This document shows positions 1-12,769 of a stretch of 64,000 nucleotides of DNA, piece by piece. Source of the stretch: Rhynchobatus australiae (taxonomy: Eukaryota); contig JAUZTB010000107.1 in assembly GCA_034780895.1 (NCBI GenBank), positions 18,790,113 through 18,854,112 on the forward strand, read 5' to 3'. Below the pieces are notes generated by a model. That model was not told where the DNA came from. It saw only the letters and a program-made list of their open reading frames with translations, and did no database searches. A program made the position numbers and the translations under genes. Numbering within the stretch: the stretch's first letter is position 1; each line of letters starts with the position of its first letter.

Positions 1-129
1 GAAATACTGGGGGTGATTTTTAGTCACAGTCCATCACAGGCTACAGCCACAGAAGTTGAATATGTTGATCAAGTTTATCGCCACAAAGAATGCAATGCAG
101 ATAGAAAATCTTACTTGAAGGCATTGATG

Positions 130-480
130 AGATGTTGATGTCATTGGCAAGTCCAGCACCTATTACATATTCCTAATTGCCCTTAAAAAGTTGCTGGTGA
201 CCAGCTTTCTTGCACTGCTGCAGTTTGTGTCTGGAAGGCGTAATGGTGTTAGGGAAATTTGGGTTTGATGCAGCAGTGGTTATGTAAAGGAAATATATGT
301 CCAAATCAAGACAGCGTACGATTTGGAGGTAGTGGTATTCCCAGGTGCCTACTGCCCCTCCTAGGCGATAGGTGGCGTGGGTTTAGCAAATGTTGTCATA
401 AAGAGACTTGAGGAGTTGTTCAGTGCATAATGTAGATTGTTCGCATCACAAAATGTGTACCATGGTGCACCAGCAGTAGT
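130..480 (-). mobile_element. Decayed 3' end of a CR1/L2-group LINE
   Basis: Resembles a common elasmobranch LINE 3' end (gtcattggcaagtccagcacc...taattgcccttaaaaagttgctggtg...cttgcactgctgcag). Related pieces lie at about 840-1080 and, in + orientation, about 3130-3280. Confidence 0.55.
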
Positions 481-520
481 GTTACGGACTAGGACTATTA
501 GTGAGGTTCCTTTAAGATTT

Positions 521-544
521 TGTGTGTGTGTGTGTGTGTGTGTG
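521..544 (+). repeat. (TG)n microsatellite
   Basis: Direct reading. Confidence 0.95.
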
Positions 545-3500
545 GCATGCTTACGTCAACAGAAGATAAAGAACGTCATGACGCTGTTGNNNNNNNNNNN
601 NNNNNNNNNNNNNNNNNNNNNNNNNNNNNNNNNNNNNNNNNNNNNNNNNNNNNNNNNNNNNNNNNNNNNNNNNNNNNNNNNNNNNNNNNAGTAGTTATTA
701 ATAAAGTAGTTTTTAAGACTTATACATGTCTCGGTGTGTTTCTGTTGTTGCTGGTACGTAACAGTAGAGAGAATAAATGTTTTTAGAAGGTTGACTTGGT
801 GGCAATCACCCTTTCGCGATCAGAAGGTTAACTCAGTGATTATTCCATCACATTTCTTGCCAGTGCTGCATCCATCCAGGGAAGTAGGGTAGATTCCATC
901 CCACTTCTCACTTGCGCTTGCTCAGTATGGGCAAAGGACTTGGCAGTCAGGAGGGGATTAGTGATTTTGTCAGAATTAGGACGATGTGTGACTTGGAGGG
1001 AAATGTGTAGGTAGTGGTATTTTGTATGCCTAATTCCCTGTCCTTCTAGGTGATGGAAGTCATAGGGCTGGAAGGACAATTGGCTGGTTGCTGTATTTGC
1101 AGGTCATGTCGCAAGTAGAGAGCATTTCACTGCATTTTTACTGTTCCTTAGTGAATAATCTTTGGGGACACCAATGAGATCAACCCTATGCCAGATCAGC
1201 ACAGGGGTACATGAACCATGGGCTGTGGAAGTGAGCTGGGTCAGACACGATCTGTTGCATTACTTCAGACTCTTCCCCTGCAACGTCTTAACGGATGACT
1301 TGCCATCTGCATGTGAATGACCTTCATCGTTTTTCTGATAAATTCACCTTCATTGCTCTCTTCAAACAACCTTCTAATCTGTCAGTTCTGATAGTTTAAC
1401 ACTGCTGGTGTGAATATCCAGGGTTTCAGAAGGCACCTGTCAATGTCACAGTGAGAAAACATTGTTCTGTGCTTTTTCCTGATTTGTGGCTCAGAAGGTG
1501 CCATTCACTGTATAACACTCATCAATAGTACAAATCCCTCCTGCTGCTAGTGAACAGTAATGTTAAATCTTCAGCTCACAGTCTGCTTATGGAAGACTCA
1601 AAAGCAGAGAAAATACAGTTTGCTGCTACATTAACTTCAATTTGAATGCAGGTCCGGTTGTAGTTAATCCACAGACAATAAACATGACAATAGTATGGGG
1701 TTGTACCTCAGCTTTTTGTCTGCTTCTTTTGCTAACATCTCCATTTGTTCTTCTTCACATGGGATACATAGTGATATGTAATTCATCTAGTAACCCTTTG
1801 TCAAACGCCAGCATTAAATTCTCCAAGCTGCTTGTAGTTATTAATGTTGGGTTAGAAGAAATGTTTGACTCAACATAATGAGAAGAGTTTACTCCAGTTT
1901 CAGTTGTTATTTTCTATGATGAGGCCACTCAGCTCATTGCCTGTCACCCTGCTCTTAAGTATAGATCTCAATAACTACAGCAGTTCTGTTTGCAATTTTC
2001 TGATATACAGGGCAAATCCTAGGTCAACAGAGTTTGGAAAGTATAAATGTTTTATGGCTAAAACGCCTTCAATTATCTCACTCACTTCCTAATCCTAACT
2101 GAAACCATCAGATCCCAAATGATTTGTCGATCCTTAGTGTTATTATTATATATATATTGACTTTAGTGAGACCCAGTCCTTAATTCTTTATTGTATTCCT
2201 GGGATACCAGGCTTATTATCCACATCTCAGCTATGAAGAATTACAAAGCCCGAGGGCCATGGGGCAGACCCTGAAACAGCAGCAAGACAAGTAGGAGGAT
2301 GATAAAGACCATGAGTGGTCAACATCAACTGTCCCATATCCCACCACAGCAGGGCAGAGAAGTACTGCTTGGACAGACAGTAAGGGATTCCCTGAGAGAG
2401 ACAGAGAGAAAGACCTCTCTGAGCTATTCTAGAAAATGGTAATCCCCAATGCATACTTTGTGAGCCTCTCCATATTCCAATTGTTACACTAACCTGGTCC
2501 ACCTCTCTGGCTGCCACATTCTTACTTTTGACCAATTTCACAAATGTTTCAGGAGGACTTGATTTGGTGCTACTAACAAAAGGTGTAATCCAATTTCTAG
2601 GCATACATATTTTATCTTCATTTATGATTCTTTATATCTCTCATTTCTGCTCTATTTTTGCACTTCTGCATGCTCTTTATCTTATCCATTGCTTCCTTTG
2701 CTGACTATGGCCTTCCTTGCTAAGTATTGCTCATTTCCTGTAGGGTTACCTATTGGTTAATTCTTTTATAGATACCACCTGCTGTTCTTTTATAGTTTTA
2801 AATAGTTTCCGCATAATTAAATAGCTTCGTGGTGCACCAGATTGATCCCTGGGATGGGGAATTTGTCCTGCGGAGAGAGAATAAGCAGAGCTGGTGTTTA
2901 CTCTCTGGAGAAAAATAAGAAGAGATCTCATAAGAACGAAAAAACAAAAGAAATAGAAGCAGGTGTAGTCAAGCAGCTCCTCATACCTGTTCCACCATTC
3001 AATAAATCACGGCTGATCTTTTACCTCAGCCTTTCCTGATCTTTTTCCTTCACTAATTCCCTATCACTTGAAACCCCTAATATCCAAAAATCTATCAATA
3101 TTTGCCTTGAATATACTTACCAACTGAGTTCCTATCTGCAGTTACATTACATGTACCATTCTTGCCAATCCCTCAGATGCTGGGAGTAAGAGGCAATTCT
3201 CTGAAGCTCTTGCTAGTATGGCTCCCTTTCAGAAGGCAGCAACTGGAAAGCTGCTTCACCACTTCTCACAAGAGAAATTTTAAAGCACTTTGCAAACCGT
3301 GAAATGTAATACAAGTGCAGCGACCATTTTCCATAATGCAAGAGCCCATAATGATGTTACGGATGTTAGTGAGGAAGCAATGTTGACCAGGACATTGGAG
3401 GCGAGGGGCCTGGAAGGATATGGGCCGAACACTGGAAATTGGGACTAGCTAGTTGGACAACATGGTTGGCATGGACTCGTTGGGCTGAATGGCCTGTATC

Positions 3501-4127
3501 CACAATTTACTGCTCTAATTCCCTTGGGTACAGAATTCCAAAAATCTATTACCCTTGGACAAAGAAATTTCTTCTCATCTTAGTCCTAAATAGCTGACCC
3601 CTGCTTTGAGACTGTGGCCCTGGGTTCTGGACACCCCAGACAGAAGAAATATCATCCCTGCATCTACCCTGTTGTCGCATCAGAATTTTGTATGTTTTGA
3701 TGAGGTTACCTTTCATTTGTCTAAACTCAAGCAGATACACCCAGTCTGTTTAATATCTAATTGTAGAGCAATCCCTGTTCCAGTTTGTCCTAGGAGGAGA
3801 GATTAGGAGACTGGACTAATCTGATGAACCTTCATTTCCCTTTATCTCAGTAATATCATTATTAATAATATGTACATATTATTCCAGGTGTGGTCTCACC
3901 AGGGCACTATATAATGTTTACTATGGTATTGAAATCCTCCTGTAATAGAGGTCGACATATCATTAGCCTTTCTAATTATTTGCTGTACCTGCATGATAAC
4001 ATTTAACCTTTACACCCAGGTTCCTCTGAACACTGACACCTTTCAATCTTGACATTTAAAACCACCCTGCCTTTCTATTTTTTCTACCAAAATGGATGAC
4101 CTCACATTTTTCCTCAATGTATTTTAA

Positions 4128-4390
4128 ATTTAAAAAAAAATTTATTTACAGCGCGGTAACAGACCCTTCCGGCCCAATGAGTCCGCNNNNNNNNNNNNNN
4201 NNNNNNNNNNNNNNNNNNNNNNNNNNNNNNNNNNNNNNNNNNNNNNNNNNNNNNNNNNNNNNNNNNNNNNNNNNNNNNNNNNNNNNGGAGCACCCGGAGG
4301 AAACCCACGCAGACACAGGAGAACGTACAAACTCCTTACAGACAGCAACGGGAATTGAACCCCAATCACTAATTAGCGCATTGCGTTAAT
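4128..4390 (-). mobile_element. tRNA-derived V-SINE (HE1-like), partly in a gap
   Basis: ggagcacccggaggaaacccacgcagacacaggagaacgtacaaactccttacagacagc is the reverse complement of the V-SINE core, followed by gggaattgaaccc (B-box). Confidence 0.8.
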
Positions 4391-4749
4391 ATATAACATC
4401 TGCAATGTCCTTGCCCATTCATTTAGCCTGCCTATACTCCTATGAAGCCTCTCAGCAGCCTCTTCACATCCGAACCTGTCATCCAGCTTAATATTGTCAG
4501 CAAACTTGGATGTATTACACTTGGTTCTGTCATCCAAATGACTGATCCAGATTGTGAGCAACTGAGGTCCAATACCAATCCCACTGGTCACAACCTTCCA
4601 ACCCCAAAATGAGCCATTGATTCCTATGCTCTGTTTTCAGTTCTCAATCCACCCTCGTATATTATCCCCAAGTTCAGGTGCTCTAATTTTGTCTAATAAC
4701 CTTTTGCGTAGCACCTTATCAAAGTCTTCTGGAACTTCAAAACCATTAC

Positions 4750-5100
4750 AGGCCAGCTTCCTCCTTGGAGGAACAGTCCTCCCCTCCCCTCCCCCAATAC
4801 TGCCTGCCTCCATACCTTTGACCATCCCTCAGTGGATCTGCTCTTCCCTCCTTCCCCGCACCTGCCTATCACTATCCCTTACTTGCATCTACCTATCACC
4901 ACCTTGTTACCACTGTACCGCACCTCCCCTCTTTTGTCCACCTATCACTGCTCTTCTCCCTATATACTGGGCTTGCCCTTTTCCTATCTTCATTTCTGAA
5001 GAAGGGTCCTGACCTGAAACATTGACCGTCTGCTTTTGTCCACAGATGCTGCCTGGCCTGCTGAGTTCCTCCAGCATCTTGTTGTTTTTTTCATCCAGGT
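4750..5100 (+). mobile_element. Penelope-like element terminal fragment with a decayed minimal hammerhead motif (4992-5026)
   Basis: C/T-rich tract, then CTGAAGA-AGGGTCCTGACCT-GAAAC-ATT, then gatgctgcctggcctgctgagttcctccagc. Confidence 0.75.
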
Positions 5101-5179
5101 TCCCCCTTATCTATTCTGCACATTACAACCTCAAAGTTTCATCAGACTTGCCAAACATGATGTATAAATCTATGAAGAT

Positions 5180-6330
5180 GCAAGAGACTGCGGATGATGG
5201 AATCTGGAGAATAAAACAAACTGCTGGAGGAACTCAGCAGGTCAAATAGCAGCTGTGGGGGGAAAGGAACTGTCGATGTTTTGGGTCAAAAGCCTGCATC
5301 AGGACTGAGAGTGAAGGGGAAGATAGCCTGTATAGAGGAGTGGGGAGGAGTGAGACAAAGGTTGGTGGGTGATAGGTGGACTGAGGAGGGGTGAAGGATG
5401 ACGGGCAGGGGGAGCCAGGAGGGGGAAGGGTGGAGTTGGGAGATAGAGCCCGGTAGGGGATAGGTGGAAGCAGACAAGGAAAATCATCAGATGGACGGTG
5501 TGGGTGACGGTGGAGACAGNNNNNNNNNNNNNNNNNNNNNNNNNNNNNNNNNNNNNNNNNNNNNNNNNNNNNNNNNNNNNNNNNNNNNNNNNNNNNNNNN
5601 NNNNNNNNNNNNNNNNNNNNNNNNNNNNNNNNNNNNNNNNNNNNNNNNNNNNNNNNNNNNNNNNNNNNNNNNNNNNNNNNNNNNNNNNNNNNNNNNNNNN
5701 NNNNNNNNNNNNNNNNNNNNNNNNNNNNNNNNNNNNNNNNNNNNNNNNNNNNNNNNNNNNNNNNNNNNNNNNNNNNNNNNNNNNNNNNNNNNNNNNNNNN
5801 NNNNNNNNNNNNNNNNNNNNNNNNNNNNNNNNNNNNNNNNNNNNNNNNNNNNNNNNNNNNNNNNNNNNNNNNNNNNNNNNNNNNNNNNNNNNNNNNNNNN
5901 NNNNNNNNNNNNNNNNNNNNNNNNNNNNNNNNNNNNNNNNNNNNNNNNNNNAAAATGCCAGTGGTCAGGGAGGGGTGGGTGGGGAGGGATGAGCGAATCA
6001 GGAATTCATGGGGAAAGTGGTCCCTGTGGATGGCAAAAAGGGGTAGGGAGGGGAAGATATGGTGAGTAGTGGGATCTTGTTGCAGCTGGTGGAAATGATG
6101 AAGGATGATGTGCCGGATACGATGGCTGGTAGAGTGAAAGGTGAGGACTAGTGAGTCAAAGAAACTGGGAGAAAGGGATGGCATCCTTCCGAGAGACGGG
6201 GTGAGAAGAGGTGTCGTCTCGGTAGCTGTGGGAGGCAGTGGGTTTATAGTAAATATCAGTGGATAGTTTGTCTCCTGAGATGGAGGTGGAGAGATCCAGG
6301 GAAGGGAGTGAAGTACGTTTATAAACACGT
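5180..6330 (-). mobile_element. Penelope-like retroelement (RT C-terminus and linker, terminal repeat), frameshifted, partly in a gap
   Basis: Minus-strand frames read LSTDIYYKPTASHSYRDDTSSHPVSRKDAIPFSQF and LVLTFHSTSHRIRHIILHHFHQLQQDPTTHHIFPSLPLFAIHRDH, typical of PLE RT thumb and the linker before GIY-YIG. The terminal repeat at 5180-5490 is the inverse of 4750-5100. Confidence 0.88.
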
Positions 6331-6410
6331 TGAATCTGTGTTGTCCTAATATTACCTTCTGAGTACCCTCACTCCGCTTGCTTAATAATAGATGTTCCAC
6401 TTCCTTAATA

Positions 6411-6750
6411 GAGTCATAGAGTCATACAGCATGGCAACAGGCCCTTCGGCCCACCAGCCCTCTACTGATTATCAACCACCCATTTACACTAATTTTATAT
6501 TAATCCCATTTTTATTCTCCCCACATTCTCATCGACTTCCCCTGGATTCTATCACTCATGTACAGACTAATTTACAGTCGCCAATTAACCTCCAACCTGC
6601 ATGTCTTTGGGATGTGGGAGGAAACTGGAGAACCCGGAGGAAACCCATGCGGTCACAGGAAGATTATGCAAACTCCACATAGACAGGTCAGGATCGAACC
6701 CAGGGCTCTGGTGCTGTGAGGCAGCTGAGCCATTCTGCTGTCCTGCTATT
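6411..6750 (-). mobile_element. V-SINE (HE1-like) with CR1-derived tail
   Basis: gagtcatagagtcatacagc tail, core tgggaggaaactggagaacccggaggaaacccatgcggtcacagg, head ggatcgaacccaggg...ctgtgaggcagc. Confidence 0.85.
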
Positions 6751-6999
6751 GAAAGATCTCTACTGCTGATATAAAACTAACTGATCTGTAGATCCCCATT
6801 TTCTCTCCCCATTTTTCTTAAATACTGAGTTTATATTTACTACCTTCCAATCTGTGGGCTTAGTTCCAAAGCTTATGAAATTTTGGAAGATTTGTCATAC
6901 ATGATTTCTCTTTCGTAAGTCCACATGACTCTGCCCAATCATGTTGTAATTGTTTTCTCATGGAAACAAATTACATTCTTACAGGCTCCTGTTCTTCTG

Positions 7000-7465
7000 T
7001 TTGGGATGATTAGAATCAGGGATCACAGGCTCAAAGTAAAAGGTTGGGCATTCAGGGTTGAACATGGCAGCAGGAGTTGGCCACTTTGTCACTCGAGCCT
7101 GCCTGCCATTCCAGTGATCATAACTTTTCTGCCTCAGGCCTCAACTTCTCGTCTGTGCCAATTCCTTATAGCCTTCAACATTTATCTCCCTCCCCTTTAA
7201 ATGATCTAACCTGCACAATCCCCCAGAGATTCCTCCACACTCTGTGAGAAGACTGATCAGACAAGAAGCTGCTCCACCTAGAGGATAGCCAAACTGTAGA
7301 ACGTGTCTACCCAAGAGGACCATGTAGATTCAATTGCTGAGTATATTCAAGACATGTGTTGATAGATTTTTGGATATTGAAGGGGAGGTAAAAGATTATC
7401 ATATTGAATGGAGGAGAAGTCCTGAGAGATGGAACTGCCTATTCCTGTTTCTATTTCTCATGTTC
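7000..7465. mobile_element. CR1 3'-end fragments in mixed orientation
   Basis: gatcacaggctcaaagtaaaaggttgggcattcagg on +, an inverted tail at about 7060-7250, and a + strand 3' UTR at 7325-7465. Confidence 0.55.
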
Positions 7466-10400
7466 TTAAGCATGCCATTATTTTGAGAGTGCAGAGATGG
7501 AATATTGTGATTGTTAAATATCCTATAGCAAATACAGTGCAAATCTACTAAGGTGTGTGTATTTAATTGGCCCTTTTCTAATGATAGGTCAGGTGTTAAT
7601 ATGCTACTATTGAATACTTCAGTTAATACTTCTGGAATGCCATAACATATCACCCTTTTCCTCTACAATGAAGACTTAAGCTTTAAGACATTTTTATGCT
7701 CATTTTCTTCTGGTGCAATTAGCCCAGGATCACTCTGCATAGCTCACTCAGAGAGAGATCCTTCTTTACTACCCCCCTTGCAGCATGATTTCAACGCAGC
7801 AGGGTTTAGTGCGAGCATGTGTCCAACAGCCATTACTTACTCTAAAAACACAGCTAAATTGCCACACCAGCTACTGCACTCCATTAACAGCAAACATAAT
7901 CCCATTAACAGATGTTGGCTTGTCTGATTTTCCATACAAAAAAAATCCTGGCATGCAGGCCTTTGATGTACAGGCAGTTTATTGAAATCTCTGTGAGGGC
8001 AACCCACCACTCTTCAGCCCACAGGCTCAGGCAGTTTAGATTCTGGCAGATGTGAAAAATCAGGGCAGTGATCCCTGATGCAGGTCACACTTCATCTTGA
8101 GGTTTACAGAAGGTGATCGTATCCATTCCTCACATAAAACCATGCAATTTATAATGTCAAAATGCCATTGACACCAAGGCAAAGACTTAAAAAGAGACAA
8201 AAATTCATTCAAACTTCAGAGTTTTGCTAATATTGGATGACGTATTGCTAACTTTAGATATTGGGCCAGAATTTAATGGCATGCACATACAAGTCATGCA
8301 GCAGACGCACAATTAAATCTGAAAATGAAGAATTTTCTGTCCATGATGTTCTGACTGTGTTGAGCTTTACAAAAATCCTGCTCACTGATTCACCATTCAG
8401 ATTGATGTAACATTTCTGCCTTGGCAGAGTAAACACAAAATAAGCTTTCCTTAGAAGTGAGTCCATTTCATTCTACTTACCTTTCCAGGTGTGACAAGTG
8501 CCTGTCGACCTCTCTGTACCATACCTAACTTGTTCCTTCAGATTTTAAATATCTTTGGAGATTTATTTATTAAGATATTTTCTTTTACTTTCTGTCTTGT
8601 TTTTAATATCCAATCTTTCCTTTTCTCTTTCAGCATGCGACATGAAACTAAATTCACCCATTCTCATTTACACTTCAGCTTCATTCCTTGTGCTGTTTAT
8701 TTCAGAATCTTTCAGGTATGATTGATTAATGGGGAAATGCCATTGCTTGTCTTATTCCCAGATGCCCTGTAGAGGGAGTGTGCTACTTCAATCTGGCATT
8801 TACAGCAATGCAAAATACCATGGAGATTAAATGGGAAAGGATGCCTAACTAATGGCAGTTAGTTCATTGGTTACAACAAATTCTGGGCCATTACTTTTGG
8901 AAAACTCCTAGCTAACACTGACTAATACTTTCTGAAGGAGTCTGTTCATATTCACTCTGCTCCAACTGTTGCATTTTGTTTTCTTTGGTACATTACCCTG
9001 TAAAACTGATACAAAACCATAAAGAGCCCTTTATGAGCTTCCCAATGTTTCACCAGTCAGATGTTCCTCATGATGTGTACTGAGCCACACAAGTATGAAA
9101 AGTTCCATTTCAATCCCTGTGGCGATGGAGACTGCACTGTTACAGAAAAACACATTGTGGGGATGATATGCAGTGAGTGAATTTGCTCTTTGTCTTATTT
9201 TTTTGAAGAATGTGGGAAAGCAAATTACAAATTCTAAATGGAAAGATCAACATTATCCAATGTACCTTACTTTGTTTTGCTGTCATAAATTTTATTGGTT
9301 TCTAAAATGTACCTCACAGGCTGTAAATTTTAACTCATTAATTACCATTTTGTGGAAAGATAATTTTAGAAGGCAGAAGAAAGGAATTCTGATTAATTTG
9401 CAGCAATGGTACATGCCAATGTACAATTTTGTGCAAAACAGTAAAGTTTTATGCTTTAAACTCTCAGCTGTTCAAAGCTTCAGTGTCAGATTGACGGTGA
9501 TTAACAAGACCTTTGACTAAAGCAGGCTTCAGTCATTCACCTTGTTTTTGCATCGAGTTTGAAGACAGGCAGATAATGTTGATGAGGAATTGGCATGTAA
9601 TGAGATACAGAGCTCTAGTTATTTTACTTAGATCAAAGGGACTGGTGTGTGATGAGCTGAGACCTCTTAGAAGCAACACTACTCTATGTAATTTTGAAAC
9701 TATCCCGATGAGTTTAGTTGCCAAACATTTAATAACACTATTCACATCCTCTGTTTCCTTTTCTTACTGGCATAGGCTTACAGCATCTGTGAACATAGTC
9801 TTTCCAGCATCTATCGTGATATCTACCATCTATTGTTATTCAATGGTAAAATTATGATGGGCAGAACATACTACAATAATTCATATAAACTGGTGCTGAA
9901 TCCATTCAGCATTGCACCTCTGGACCTGACACTGAAACCTTCCTTTGAGCATTCTCTAGCCTGCTCAGTTCTTACCCTCTCCTGCACATGTGCTTCGCTG
10001 TTACACTTCTCTGCAACACTTGTGCTCTTATGAAGTGGTGTCACGGGCTTTGTTATCCTAAAATAAACACTGTCCCTTGCTCCTGCTTTTGAAATGCAAC
10101 CTGTATACTGATCTGATAGAGCAGCATCAAAGCAGCTCTCAGCATATTGAGAGTTTCTGTGCAAGAAGCAACATCTGTTGTTGAAAATTATCGATTTTGT
10201 TTTAGAGGAATGAAACCTTTGCAATTCATATGAAATAAGGATTTGTATGTGGAGAGCAGTGTGGAACATGGGTAGAATCAATAATCCCAGTACCCTAGAG
10301 AAATCAGTTAATTCTAGAAAATATTAATTAAAAAATTATGGCCCTTTCAGCATCCACTCTCTCTAAACTGAACAAATCAGTACAGCTGTTTCATGTGACT

Positions 10401-11259
10401 TTGGGGTGCAGGATGCTGACCCCTGCAAATGTCCATCAAAACCTATAAAACGGGCTCAGGGTTCTCCCCCAGCATATGCATTATAGCAAATTCCTGCTTG
10501 CAAAGGAAAAAACACAGAGGAGAGAGCAAACAAACTTCTTACGAAACGAAAGCACAGGAGAGAAAGTTAGAAACTAAAATAGATAAAATTAAAACACTCC
10601 CATGTTTGGAAAAGATGCTATTTTATTTTAATCTTTGCGCCATTTAATACCATTGACATCATATTGAACTCTGAGTGAATTTATAGGGTGCAGACACAAA
10701 AGTTGACTGTGGTATCTTTGATAAAATTGCCCAAATTGAATCCATGCAAATACCAGTGATATCAGTGAACATAAGAAACAGAAGCAAGACTAGGCCCTTT
10801 GAACCTGCCTTGCCATTCAATAAAATCAGACTGATCCTATCTTACTTGCAAGAACAGAAATGAGATCTGTTTGGCAAATTTATGACATGGAAATAATATC
10901 AATTTGAGAGCTTTTGTGCAGGGTAGTTACAGCTATGAATCTGCCCTAGCAGCCATTGACTAGAGAATAATCCAACACAATAGAGAAAAATGATTTTGTT
11001 TTTTATTTTTATAGTCACACAAATAGTAAAATAAAGAAAAATACTGTTTGGCTCACTCTTGAAGTACACGACAAATTGTGCAGCTGCCCTCTTCAAAGTA
11101 AAAAATACGTAACAGGCTTTAGTTTGGAAGTGCATTTTGAGATTGGAAATGCATGTAGGATATCTGCCACTTTGCACATACAGTCTACTAACTTCAACAT
11201 TCCCAAGCCTTGTTTATGCTTTCATTCAAAGACCTTCTATTACTTCACAAAACATTTAC

Positions 11260-12635
11260 TTTTCACTTGATAAACTTTATTATAGTCCCCTTCACAAAAC
11301 TTCTGAGAGAATACAGTGAAACACACTGGCTCAAGTTCGGGGAAAGTCAGCTAATTGTTAGTTAATTTCCTTTATAAGTGGTGCAGTTTATGGCTGTCTG
11401 AACACATCTACTTAAGCAGTCTAATGAATCATTCACTGGTCAGGTTAGGGACTTAAACCACAACTGAAGCCAGCACTCACAACCTTTAGATAGGACCATG
11501 TGGAACTTGGAGATGGCTACAGTTACAGCTTGTTGTCAAAGTAATACTGCATGGGAGCTTGCCCAATAACTCCACTGTTTGGAGCTGGAGACTCTGACTA
11601 TGCTTTGCTGCTGGGTTATTCACATCATCAGTCACAAGCTCCCTTCAATTTTTGTTTAAGGATTCCTGGAGAGAAGTGTCAGGAGCATCAGTACAGACTT
11701 GTTGATTGACTTCAATTCCAGAGACGACATTTTACTGATGTGCTGCCAATTAATTTAACTTTTGTTTGGCTACCAGGGCCAATGGAAATATCTGTTTCAA
11801 TTATAATTGGCTCCATGGTTCTAACTTTGCTTAATTCAGCTTACAAATTGCAAATGTTATAGCTGGCTGCTTGTGGGCATAAATTTCAGTACAGTTATTT
11901 TAGAATTGTTCTCTAAATTTATCAGGTATATTTTGTGTATGATATGGCACTGGAATAAATACATATATACAATGCTGCAATAATATCTGTGGAAGCAGCA
12001 GCGCTGATGGTTAAAAGAAATCCTCCCCTTTTCACTGGTACCTGCCATTATGTCTGGATCTTAGCTACAGCATTTAATTTTCCATTTGAGCTGTTCTGCT
12101 ATCTGTATTCTTCACTTCAGCTATTTATGTCAGGAAGTCTGATCCAATAAATATTTCGTACACTCAGTGGTACTCTGTAGGAGGTAAATCTGTCATTTTT
12201 TGTGATTTTGTCTAATAAAAATATATATTTCATATTTGNNNNNNNNNNNNNNNNNNNNNTTCAGCCAATGTTGTTATGTTTTCTTGTTAGAACTTAGACA
12301 CATTTTAATGATAATCTAACATTTTGGCCGTTCATTTAATACTACTAAAAGACACAACTATTTCTTTTGACCCAAATGCATTTGTTAACCATTCCTTATT
12401 GGACAATTCCCTAGAATTCTCTTCCTCTAATAGTAAAGATTAACAAATATGAGCCGGAACTACAGTTAAGGCTCTATCCAGTAAAGCAAGTTGATCTAGC
12501 TGACAAGTTTAACATTGTGTTAAGTAAGGTGCATAAGATAGTTTTACAAACTTGCTCAGGGTACAGGAGTTGTATATTTATAGGAAACATTTGAAGTGCT
12601 TGATAAACAAATCAGCAAATCCAGTTTGCGGAACC
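11260..12635 (-). other. EFCC1: Putative EFCC1 3' UTR with candidate poly(A) signal AATAAA at 11281-11276
   Basis: This is the first canonical AATAAA I found downstream of the stop on the minus strand, followed by a GU/U-rich stretch (tgttttgtg). ATTAAA variants near 12305-12340 are alternatives. Confidence 0.4.
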
Positions 12636-12769
12636 TCAACACGAGATAAGCAGTGGATTTACCAGGGACTGGTGACTCTGAGCCTCTTCCAAAGACTTGC
12701 CGGATAGAAGCTCACAAGCAGCAAGTTCATGATACAAGGCATTCAGTACCTCCAGAATGTGAACCTTTC
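12636..12769 (-). CDS. EFCC1: EFCC1 terminal coding exon
   Basis: Acceptor ...tgtttctttcttacag|, phase 1. Encodes GKVHILEVLNALYHELAACELLSGKSLEEAQSHQSLVNPLLISC then TGA at 12638-12636. The end matches the recalled human ...NPLLVSC. Confidence 0.93.

Larger units (their letters stand above)
2930..6960 (-). mobile_element. Old CR1 LINE (3' UTR plus RT region) broken by nested insertions
   Basis: CR1 pieces at about 2930-3130, 3520-4125, 4395-4745, 6330-6410 and 6760-6960. Minus-strand translations include FDKVLRKRLLDKIRAPELGDNIRGWIEN, SKFADNIKL (FADD-type motif) and EFRQMKGNLIKTYKIL. Confidence 0.8.

Noticed and set aside
1600-2720. Possible retroviral or LTR gag-protease remnant on minus (ALLWWDMG; GGPG*CNNWN)
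   Set aside because: The motif resemblance is too faint and stop-ridden to support without a profile search.
5234-6400. 388-aa minus-strand ORF as a host gene
   Set aside because: It is a chimera of gap sequence, frameshifted Penelope RT/linker and CR1 sequence.
10400-10500. TATAAAA with nearby E-boxes as a promoter
   Set aside because: There is no downstream exon or ORF support, and such motifs are frequent in AT-rich DNA.
1-11000. GP9 or another syntenic neighbour downstream of EFCC1
   Set aside because: I found no LRR or cysteine-flank coding pattern on either strand.
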